A stretch of DNA of 64,000 nt from a virus (lineage: Duplodnaviria > Caudoviricetes), in the IMG/VR virus record IMGVR_UViG_3300044676_005314, positions 7,807-71,806 of that record. The stretch is one strand, 5' to 3'. The notes below the pieces were generated by a model. It saw nothing but the letters and a program-made list of their open reading frames with translations, had not been told where the DNA came from and ran no database searches. Within the stretch, counting starts at the first letter, position 1. Every line of letters begins with the position of its first letter. The position numbers and the translations under genes were made by a program. Shown here piece after piece: positions 1-7,346 of the stretch.

Positions 1-353
1 ACCTAAAAAATCTAAAGTAATTCTTTAGATTTATCCATAAGCAATAATCTCCCCTGCTCCAATATCTCCATAGGACTAGAACGGATGTTCTAAACTCCTG
101 TGGGACTCCATTGGACGAAGGAACGACCCACCTCGTGGGTCCAACCTATCTTCCAACTAGGTTCTCCTTTAGTAAGTCGGGCTCTCTGCGAATTGCTTTG
201 ACTTACTCGCCCATTTCCACATTTCCAAAGTTTTATTCTTTGTACTGTGCTTGGTATTCAGTGGGGGCTTTTCCTAACATTGCAAGTACTTTTCCCACCT
301 GCTCCAATTTTATTTCGCTCTCTCCTTTTATGGTTTAATCAATTTATATATAT

Positions 354-382
354 ATATTGCCACATCATAGGAAGTTTGTCAA
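354..382 (-). promoter_or_regulatory. sigma70-type promoter, divergent from the ArdC-like gene promoter
   Basis: TTGACA-17-CAATAT with TGG extended -10; only micro-ORFs (under 30 aa) follow on the minus strand. Confidence 0.75.
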
Positions 383-413
383 GTCATATCCAAAATATTT
401 TTATTAAATAAAC

Positions 414-442
414 TTGACAACAATCCTACTATATGGCATACT
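414..442 (+). promoter_or_regulatory. sigma70-type promoter, leaderless transcript
   Basis: TTGACA-17-CATACT, TGG extension, ATG at 449 is 6 nt after the -10. Confidence 0.85.
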
Positions 443-448
443 TAAATT

Positions 449-1369
449 ATGAAAACACAAACAACAAAATTAAGCAATAAGGATATAGTCAAGGATTTAT
501 CTGAAAAAATAGATGCATCCATTGATGAGTTGATTGCATCGGATGATTGGACTAAGTACCTATCTTTCGTAAAAGGTCAGCACCCATATTCTTGGAACAA
601 TACATTCCTTATACAATTTGAGGGTTGGGTTAGAGGTTTCAATCCTTCATATGTACGAGGAGCAAAGCAATGGAACGCTGTCAATAGAACTATCAAAAAA
701 GGGGAGAAAGCTATTTGGATTTTAGCACCTCGTTTTGGATATTCTTGTGCAGAAAAAGGATGCGTTGGAAGCAAAGCTGTTTGGAATAAAAATCTAAAGA
801 GAATGGTTTGTAATAAATCCCTATCACATAGAACTGAAAAACAATTATTTGGATTTATGGGCGTACCTGTTTTTGATATATCACAAACAGAGGGAGATGA
901 AATCTCTTTTATTACTCTTAAAGAAAAATGCGAGGGAGCTACAACTCAATTATGGGATGAGCTTATCGTAATGGCAGAGAGTAAAGGATTCAAAGTTGAA
1001 GTGGGCAACGCAAAAGGAGCCGATGGATTCTGCGACCCAAATAAAAAGGAGATTGTTATTGATAGTAATAGTTCCTTTGGGTATCAAGTAAAGACACTAG
1101 TCCACGAAATGGCTCATATGCTCTTACACGATGACTTGGATGCATATAGGCAAAATAGGGCTAGGTTTGAAACCGAAGCCGAAGGAGTTGCGTGGATAGT
1201 CTGTCAAGCACTTGGTGTCCATTCAGAAGGAGATAAATATTCTTTTGGGTATATCAAAAATTGGGGAGGCGATGATGCTAAGGCACTCGTTAAATCTTCC
1301 CTAGCTAGGATACAAAAGACAGCTACACAAATCCTTGATGAGATTGAAAACGATTTGGAGAGTTTGTAA
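449..1369 (+). CDS. ardC: ArdC-like antirestriction / ssDNA-binding protein with C-terminal HExxH metalloprotease-like domain
   Basis: N-term W..YL.F...HPYSWNN..LI.......V.G..QW....R.I.KGEKAIWILAP and F..V.VFDISQTEG; C-term TLVHEMAH..LH and ETEAEGVAWIVC..LG. Confidence 0.85.
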   Translation: MKTQTTKLSNKDIVKDLSEKIDASIDELIASDDWTKYLSFVKGQHPYSWNNTFLIQFEGWVRGFNPSYVRGAKQWNAVNRTIKKGEKAIWILAPRFGYSCAEKGCVGSKAVWNKNLKRMVCNKSLSHRTEKQLFGFMGVPVFDISQTEGDEISFITLKEKCEGATTQLWDELIVMAESKGFKVEVGNAKGADGFCDPNKKEIVIDSNSSFGYQVKTLVHEMAHMLLHDDLDAYRQNRARFETEAEGVAWIVCQALGVHSEGDKYSFGYIKNWGGDDAKALVKSSLARIQKTATQILDEIENDLESL

Positions 1370-1387
1370 AAAAATTCTCCAAAGAAC

Positions 1388-1416
1388 TTGACAAACTTAT
1401 ATGGATGTGGCATTAT
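1388..1416 (+). promoter_or_regulatory. sigma70-type promoter
   Basis: TTGACA-17-CATTAT with TGG. Confidence 0.8.
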
Positions 1417-1462
1417 TAAATTATAGGGAAAGAGATGCCCTAAGAATTCCATAGGAGGAAAA

Positions 1463-1753
1463 TTGGAAAACACAATAAAATTGGACAGTAGGCAAACACT
1501 TACTATCCTTGAGAGCTATTTGAAAGCAGGAGCAAGACTACACCACTTCAATGGAGCACAATGGTATATCGCTATTAGTGAGGACCTAGTTGCAATAATT
1601 GACAGTGGGAGAAGAGATGACTGCACTCTTGACTTCTTTACAGGAGACAAGGCTGTCAGCTATCTTGAGACAGGTAGCAACTGCCAAGAGGAGAACGCGT
1701 TTGAGGATTCGTTTGAAAGCTACAAGGAGCTAATTGTAGGAGTTTGCGTTTAA
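1463..1753 (+). CDS. hypothetical protein
   Basis: GGAGG RBS before TTG, own promoter. Confidence 0.7.
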   Translation: MENTIKLDSRQTLTILESYLKAGARLHHFNGAQWYIAISEDLVAIIDSGRRDDCTLDFFTGDKAVSYLETGSNCQEENAFEDSFESYKELIVGVCV

Positions 1754-1771
1754 TAAATATTGTCATAGAAC

Positions 1772-1800
1772 TTGACAAATGTTGAGTTGTATGGCAATAT
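1772..1800 (+). promoter_or_regulatory. sigma70-type promoter for an ORF-free region
   Basis: TTGACA-17-CAATAT with TGG. Confidence 0.8.
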
Positions 1801-1806
1801 GGATTA

Positions 1807-2235
1807 TAAGAGTTAGACAAAAGAAAGTAGGAAAGTAATTAAAAGGTTCCCTAAATCGCTAAGGTAAAACGGAACGCTAGGATACTTAGGGTGGGTAGCC
1901 CAAAAGGCCTTGTTAGTACAAATTAAAAAGCCATTGAAGCAAGTAGGAAGCAATAACTATCTGAAGCTATATAGAAACCATTTGGATGTGTCATCCGTGG
2001 GGAATGTAAGTCAGCAGTACTGATTTTATAGTGGTTAGACAAGTTACCGAAAGTGTAGAGTATGGGACTTAGTTAAAATTGTTAGGTCTGTATATAAAAC
2101 TTGGAGCAATTGATAAAAAAGTCTTAGGACTCGACCTTGTGGCGTTGCAGAAGCAAAGGACCTTTTAATTCTTTGTTACTTTAGATTTATAGGACAGCTG
2201 TGGATTTAGTTGCTTTCCCCACAGCAAAGTCCTTT
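1807..2235 (+). ncRNA. putative large structured ncRNA (RNA-A)
   Basis: own promoter, no ORF of 60 aa or more, closing helix AATTAAAAGGTTCC (about 1837-1850) / GGACCTTTTAATT (2157-2169), internal helices with G-U pairs valid on the plus strand. Confidence 0.55.
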
Positions 2236-2304
2236 ATCCAATCCAATCCAACGGAGTTTTAGGAGCAGGGGAGCCTATCGCTGTTTTTTGGAACTAAAAA
2301 TAAA

Positions 2305-2478
2305 TTAACCTAAAATATTAAAAGTTGCTAAGAAACAGCCTAAGAGGGTTAACGCATCTAGGTTAATTTGTAGAGCGATATCCATTTCTTTTAGCTTTGA
2401 GCCGTTAGTAATGGAGTTATCTACAAAGTACCATTTACTGTGGTAATTGCCCTTAACTCGGTATTGTGTTGCTTTCAT
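2305..2478 (-). CDS. 57-aa leaderless protein with hydrophobic C-terminus (MKATQYRVKG...LGCFLATFNILG)
   Basis: translated by hand; TTGACA(2513-2508)-17-GATAAT then 6 nt to ATG. Confidence 0.65.
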   Translation of the reverse strand: MKATQYRVKGNYHSKWYFVDNSITNGSKLKEMDIALQINLDALTLLGCFLATFNILG

Positions 2479-2550
2479 ATAAGTATTATCTCATCTTTCC
2501 TAATCTTTGTCAAGTCATATCCAAAAAAGATTTGGAGCCATAGGTTGGGG

Positions 2551-2973
2551 TTACCAACCTACGCTATACTCCTCGAACTCATCTTCGTAGAAGTCGCCTC
2601 CTAAGAAGAACCATTCTTCTTCTGTTAACAGTGTTTTGATAACGAAGATGTCCTTTAATTGGTCCTCTCTACTGAGTTGGTCGTAACCTACTCTCATAGA
2701 GTTATGACTTGCTCTCTTCTCGGGGGTGTAATCTATATCTATTGAATAGAATTCGCCACCGTCCTCAGCTAGAAGTTCCCAAACATATTCGAGGCAACTT
2801 ACCCAATAAGCGTGAACCCATTCAGCTAGCTCCTCTAGGTCTGAGGTGTGTTTTAAGCCCTCTCCTAGCCCTAATTGACTGAACTCGGTAGATAGTTTAG
2901 CCCACTTGATAGTCCTGTAGTCAGTGCCGTTTCCTTGGTTATCGGTCAACGGTCTTTGTGCTTTCGCTTTCAT
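2551..2973 (-). CDS. acidic hypothetical protein (start revised to MKAKAQ)
   Basis: open frame; conserved 21-nt motif ends 6 nt before this ATG. Confidence 0.65.
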   Translation of the reverse strand: MKAKAQRPLTDNQGNGTDYRTIKWAKLSTEFSQLGLGEGLKHTSDLEELAEWVHAYWVSCLEYVWELLAEDGGEFYSIDIDYTPEKRASHNSMRVGYDQLSREDQLKDIFVIKTLLTEEEWFFLGGDFYEDEFEEYSVGW

Positions 2974-3036
2974 ACTTATTACTAGTGGCAAGTTTTCCAA
3001 TATATCCTAAATATAGAAAAAAATCTTTTTTTTTAT

Positions 3037-3065
3037 TTGACATATATCCAATAATCTGTTATATT
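3037..3065 (+). promoter_or_regulatory. sigma70-type promoter
   Basis: TTGACA-17-TATATT. Confidence 0.75.
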
Positions 3066-3101
3066 TAAATTATAAAAGTTAAAAATTAGAAAAGGAATAT
3101 T

Positions 3102-3401
3102 ATGGAAATTATGGACGCAATTATGTTTCTACGCGAGTGGAACGATAAGGAAGCATTTGAAGCTACAGGAATGAGACCACACGAGTTCCAAAAGAAAATA
3201 GTTATGGAAGATATAGTCCAATCAGAGGAACACTTTCTTGGATACAAAGAAGCCCTTTACGACTTATCCCAATACTTTTTCTTTTTAAGAGGACCACTCC
3301 GTGAAAAAGAGTTAGAAATTAAGAAAAAAATTGAAGAACTTGGGAAGAATACCGTTGACCATTATGGTTATGACGGATATATGGACAAGCCGAAAGGATA
3401 A
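3102..3401 (+). CDS. hypothetical protein
   Basis: AAGGA RBS, own promoter. Confidence 0.75.
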   Translation: MEIMDAIMFLREWNDKEAFEATGMRPHEFQKKIVMEDIVQSEEHFLGYKEALYDLSQYFFFLRGPLREKELEIKKKIEELGKNTVDHYGYDGYMDKPKG

Positions 3402-3403
3402 TT

Positions 3404-3553
3404 ATGGAATACATTGTAGATATTGGAAGCTTCGAGATTGCAGAGGAAGAGAAGTCCTTTGTGGAGTCAATGGATGTTTATTCTCAAAGAGAATGGTTAA
3501 TCCAACAAATTCGAAGTGGATTTTGTGATATTGACCAAATAATTCCAAATTAA
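3404..3553 (+). CDS. 49-aa hypothetical protein (MEYIVDIGSF...)
   Basis: AAGGA RBS, starts 2 nt after the previous stop; replaces the track ORF 3331..3528. Confidence 0.6.
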   Translation: MEYIVDIGSFEIAEEEKSFVESMDVYSQREWLIQQIRSGFCDIDQIIPN

Positions 3554-3589
3554 CTTGACAAAGTTTTTAGGATGTGTTATATTTATATT

Positions 3590-3739
3590 ATGAAAGTTAA
3601 AAAATTCAAAGAAATTTTAGACCTCATAGAAGGGCATAACTGCGATGCAGATATGTGCTCCTTGATGTCTTATGAGTGGGCAGAACACTTCCAAGGGGCT
3701 AAGAGCCACCTAGAAGAGCTCCAAGCTTACTCTAGATAG
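3590..3739 (+). CDS. 49-aa leaderless protein (MKVKKFKEIL...)
   Basis: TTGACA(3555)-17-TATATT then 6 nt to ATG. Confidence 0.65.
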   Translation: MKVKKFKEILDLIEGHNCDADMCSLMSYEWAEHFQGAKSHLEELQAYSR

Positions 3740-4042
3740 ACTTGGTTCCTTACTGCAGTGGGCTAACCATCCATTGTAACGGCAGGGATATCGTAGGGAT
3801 ATCTGACGGCTACTAGGAGCAAGAAGGATTGGAAGAGGGTCCACGAAGAAAAAAATGGACCGGCAATAAGCGTGGGATGAAATTGAAGCCCACCTCCATT
3901 CCTGCATCCAACGGAAATAAAAAGGAACTTCGTTCCCTCCCTGTCCTTGCCTCCCCTCCAAGTCCTAAGAGTCCTATGGATATGGTGGAACAGGGGAGCC
4001 TCTGTCTTTAGGGAGTTTTATCTCTCTCATTGCTTATATTCC

Positions 4043-4071
4043 ATAATAACATTTCCTAGGGGAGTTGTCAA
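4043..4071 (-). promoter_or_regulatory. sigma70-type promoter
   Basis: TTGACA-17-TATTAT with TGT extension. Confidence 0.75.
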
Positions 4072-4094
4072 GGTAATTTAAAAGTTTTTTTTAT

Positions 4095-4325
4095 CGTCCA
4101 TAGGAAACAGGAAGAAATTACTTCCTTGGGCAGACCATAAAGGCTCCTTTATCTTTGTGCTACTCCTCGGGTTATTAAGTAGATTACAAGTTATGCGTTC
4201 GTTATCGCTCTACTCCCGAAACTTTCACACTCTGATTAAAGTGCCTTCCTGTCGGTCTGTTATAAAGTTGAGACCGAGAGTCCATTTATAAATCATCTCT
4301 CATTGTGGTGCGTTCTCAACCTTAT
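4095..4325 (-). ncRNA. putative structured ncRNA (RNA-C, about 230 nt)
   Basis: promoter TTGACA(4360-4355)-17-TATTAT; only ORFs under 30 aa; helices AAGGTTGAGA/TCTCAACTTT, TTCGGG/CCCGAG, AGGAAG/CTTCCT. Confidence 0.45.
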
Positions 4326-4379
4326 ATATCCATAATAACATATCCAATTTTATTTGTCAAGTTATTTTGAAACTTTTTT

Positions 4380-4787
4380 TATTTTTTTTTTGGAAGGCTA
4401 GGTGGTTAGGCTCTTGTGCTCCATTATTAATTTTATATTTGGAAGTTTCGTCCCATTCACAAGATTTAGTTATAACCCTCCACTCTAGCTTTCCATTGGT
4501 TAGACAAGGAGCCTGCTTGCAGACCTTATTGTCGGGTCCGATTCCTTGCCTTCCCAAATCTTCTTTCCTTTGTGTATTTAGAGAGGTGTGGACAGAGCCT
4601 TTCGACACTGCCACACGGACCACTATTGTGCATCTCTTAAGGTTGTTGCTTGAAGATGGGGCTCTAGCTAAAGACTTATTACAACCATTCTTCAAGCTGT
4701 CAAATAATTTTGCAACCTTAGTTTCTTAGTGTCATTGGTGGCCATCATTGCTTAGTGGCCGTTCTTCGCAAACCTATCAACTAAGAT
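4380..4787 (-). ncRNA. putative large structured ncRNA (RNA-B, about 400 nt)
   Basis: promoter TTGACA(4822-4817)-17-TATATT; GAAA-capped hairpin 4616-4586; helices that pair only on the minus strand via G-U. Confidence 0.55.
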
Positions 4788-5052
4788 ATAATAAATATAA
4801 CACAAAGCTTTCTATTTGTCAAGTATATTTATAATTTATTTTATACATTTTTTATACATTTATACACAAAATATACATTTTTTATACTTTCTCCAATTTA
4901 GCTCCAATGGCCTGTAGGAGGCTCTCCCTCAAGGCCTTCTTCATCCTCGAACCGTTAGGCCTAGACTTGACAAGTATGCCTTAAAATGTAAATATAAGCA
5001 TACTATATATAGTGGTGTTTTCCGACCAAATAAAAAAAACTTTGGAATTAAC

Positions 5053-5171
5053 TTGACAAACTCCGAACTCCTGCTAGAATGGAAGTAGAACTCCAATTGC
5101 TCCACAGGACTCCACTTTATAAAAAAAAATCTTAAAATTGACTTGACAAAAGGAATGGGGTATGGCAATAT
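5053..5171 (+). promoter_or_regulatory. two tandem sigma70-type promoters
   Basis: TTGACA(5053)-16-TAGAAT and TTGACA(5143)-17-CAATAT. Confidence 0.75.
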
Positions 5172-5199
5172 GGATGTATAAGCAACAGAAAGGTCAGCA

Positions 5200-5433
5200 A
5201 TGACATACATAAGCAAAGAACACGGCGACAAAAAAATTGTTGGAAGATACGAGGTGGAAATGCCTGCTCAAACTTTAGAGTGTAAAACTAGAGGAGAGGG
5301 ATGTTACTTACCGGGATATTTTAAATATCAAGAGGACGAACAAGGACGCAGATATCGTACCAAGTTCCACAGAGTAACAGCTCACACCGTATCAATGCCG
5401 ATTTTTGAGGGAGAATCTAGACCTATACTTTAG
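5200..5433 (+). CDS. small Cys/His protein, paralogue of 6262..6504
   Basis: AGAAAGG RBS; C-x6-C-x-LPGY...KFH-x2-T-x-HT shared with 6262. Confidence 0.75.
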   Translation: MTYISKEHGDKKIVGRYEVEMPAQTLECKTRGEGCYLPGYFKYQEDEQGRRYRTKFHRVTAHTVSMPIFEGESRPIL

Positions 5434-5605
5434 GTTTAGATTTCCACAGGACAGGAAGGGAGACCAAGTGGATGTAAAAATTTATTCCACGGAGGATGGC
5501 TTGTTCATCCAAACCGAGGAAATCTAACAGGACTTGACGATAGGAAATTCGGGGAAAACCCCGAGTTCCTGTATTCCCTCCAAGAAAAAAAATCCTAAAA
5601 AGTCC

Positions 5606-5634
5606 TTGACAAATTCCTTGTCTCCTGTTATAAT
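5606..5634 (+). promoter_or_regulatory. consensus sigma70 promoter with no ORF downstream
   Basis: TTGACA-17-TATAAT, TG extension. Confidence 0.75.
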
Positions 5635-5777
5635 GGAGTTAGAAAAAATAAATAAAAAAAAATAATCTCCCCTGCTCGAGTTTATCCGGAGTGTTGGAAG
5701 AGGACCCTAATGAAGGTTCCGGAGTTTTTGGAGCTCTCTAAATGCGCCTCCAATGGATTTTTTGGCATTTTGTGGAT

Positions 5778-5793
5778 TAGAACATTTGTTCTA
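5778..5793. promoter_or_regulatory. LexA (SOS/Cheo)-like palindrome
   Basis: TAGAAC-ATTT-GTTCTA fits the Gram-positive GAAC-N4-GTTC box. Confidence 0.5.
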
Positions 5794-5795
5794 TT

Positions 5796-5811
5796 TGTGA
5801 AATTTTTCACA
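5796..5811. promoter_or_regulatory. CRP/GlxR-like palindrome
   Basis: TGTGA-AATTTT-TCACA, exact TGTGA-N6-TCACA. Confidence 0.5.
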
Positions 5812-5838
5812 ATCTATATATGGTAATTTTTACCAAAA

Positions 5839-5868
5839 AATTAGAGGGTTATTTCTAGCCCTCTAATT
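5839..5868. terminator. hairpin at the 3' end of minus-strand gene 5855
   Basis: AATTAGAGGG / CCCTCTAATT 10-bp stem. Confidence 0.55.
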
Positions 5869-6010
5869 CTATTAATTCAGCTATAAACATTTCACATTCT
5901 AAATATTCACATATAAAGAAATCAGAAATTTCTGTAACAGCTCGTCTGTCGCAACTATCGCAAAAATTCATTTTGCCCCCTTTCATCTTTTTAGTTTTAT
6001 TTTCTTTCAT
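5855..6010 (-). CDS. small Cys-rich protein (start 6010 or 5971)
   Basis: CDSC...CEYLEC; conserved upstream motif 6 nt before ATG 6010; AAGGGGG before ATG 5971. Confidence 0.55.
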   Translation of the reverse strand: MKENKTKKMKGGKMNFCDSCDRRAVTEISDFFICEYLECEMFIAELIELEG

Positions 6011-6261
6011 ATAAAGTACTAGTGACAAGTTTTTCAAAATCATAGATTTTTACAGAAATATTTTAATTAGAATAGTTTCTAACCTAACTCTAGAAATGAA
6101 AGTCTTAAGCACTTTTAGAGGTAAAATCAGCAAAGTTTTTTTTGGTCAAAATGGTCAATATCTGAAATAGTCAATGTTTATGGGCTTTTATGGGTAAATA
6201 TTTTTTCTGTTTTTCTAACATTTAAGTTGATTAGTGTCTTCTTTTTAGTACACTTAATCTT

Positions 6262-6504
6262 ATGAAAACAACAAAAACAGAAAGAGATACAAAAATGAAT
6301 ACCATAATTAAAGACGGCGTAGAATACTTAGTAGAAGAAATCGGCTCAATGACTGTACCGTGTACAGCTAAGGGTTTCTGTACACTACCGGGTTATTCTA
6401 AAAAAAGACTAATTAAAAGAGAAGATGGTAGCTTCGATGAAAAAGTTAAAAAGTTTCATAAGCTAACACCACACACACTATATACAAAGATAGAGAAAGG
6501 TTAA
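6262..6504 (+). CDS. small Cys/His protein, leaderless, paralogue of 5200..5433
   Basis: TTGATT-16-TACACT, 7 nt to ATG; shared motif. Confidence 0.75.
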   Translation: MKTTKTERDTKMNTIIKDGVEYLVEEIGSMTVPCTAKGFCTLPGYSKKRLIKREDGSFDEKVKKFHKLTPHTLYTKIEKG

Positions 6505-6520
6505 ATAGAAAGGTTAATAA

Positions 6521-6545
6521 AACCCCTAGAAATAGGGGTTTTTTT
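6521..6545 (+). terminator. intrinsic terminator
   Basis: ACCCCTA-GAAA-TAGGGGT followed by T run; near-identical to 12809. Confidence 0.75.
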
Positions 6546-6560
6546 GAAAGGTAAAACATT

Positions 6561-6866
6561 ATGAAAAATTATAAAGACTTAAACACAGAAATATCACTCA
6601 ATATAGAAAATAGAATATTTGAAAATCTTAACAATGGCGAAGACTTTTTTACTGAAGTTTATAACTTATTAAATTCAATAGGGGTAACCGTTGAAGACTT
6701 AGACATTGCTGGGTTAGATTTTATTCTAAACGTAGAATTTGGCGTTAACATTACAGTTAATGAAGAAGAAGAAAACTACGATAATTTTTCGCCACGCTTA
6801 GCTAGATTTATAATAAGCGCGTTAGATTTAGGGTATAGAAGATTTTTAGAAAATAAGAAAGGTTAA
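6561..6866 (+). CDS. hypothetical protein
   Basis: GAAAGG RBS, open frame. Confidence 0.7.
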   Translation: MKNYKDLNTEISLNIENRIFENLNNGEDFFTEVYNLLNSIGVTVEDLDIAGLDFILNVEFGVNITVNEEEENYDNFSPRLARFIISALDLGYRRFLENKKG

Positions 6867-7082
6867 AAATTAACATATAAAAATAACCCCCTGTAATTGG
6901 TAAATTTTACCAAATAGGGGGTAATTTTAAATCGCTAACCAAATCAAGCAAAAGCCCTCGCGGAGCACTGCGTGTGGGAATAACCAAATCAAAGGGTAGG
7001 GGCCCAATCCATCTAAGGAAAGTAAATTAATCTAAATACCGATATGCAAATTTTATTTTTTTAAAAAAACCGGCCTTCGAGT

Positions 7083-7346
7083 TTATTCTTGGTCTTTGTC
7101 ATATGAAGGTAAGTGATACTCAATAGTTAGTAATATAATCTCTAATGACTTATGTAGTTGTGTGTGTAGTTGCTTAGTCATTTTTATGTTATCTATGATA
7201 AGCAATGTATCTAAGATACTGTCACTCATTTCAAACAATAGGCTATTTAATGGCTTGCCTGTGTGCTCTTCTATTACAGAAGCAACCCCTTTATACGCTT
7301 CAAACATTGTTTGCATCTCACTTACTAGTTCTTCGTTTGTCTTCAT
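7083..7346 (-). CDS. leaderless hypothetical protein
   Basis: TTGACA(7381-7376)-17-CATAAT with TGG, 6 nt to ATG. Confidence 0.75.
   Translation of the reverse strand: MKTNEELVSEMQTMFEAYKGVASVIEEHTGKPLNSLLFEMSDSILDTLLIIDNIKMTKQLHTQLHKSLEIILLTIEYHLPSYDKDQE

Noticed and set aside
1807-2235. Group I intron, tmRNA or RNase P for RNA-A
   Set aside because: Only a TCAGCAG fragment resembles the Q element; no R/S elements, tRNA-like ends or GAGGAAAGTCC found.
4357-4729. Two overlapping 112/120-aa ORFs
   Set aside because: No RBS, atypical composition, and the interval is better explained by strand-specific RNA pairing; not formally excluded.
6561-6866. Acyl-carrier-protein-like motif (LDFILNVEFGVNI)
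   Set aside because: The DSL serine for phosphopantetheine is absent.
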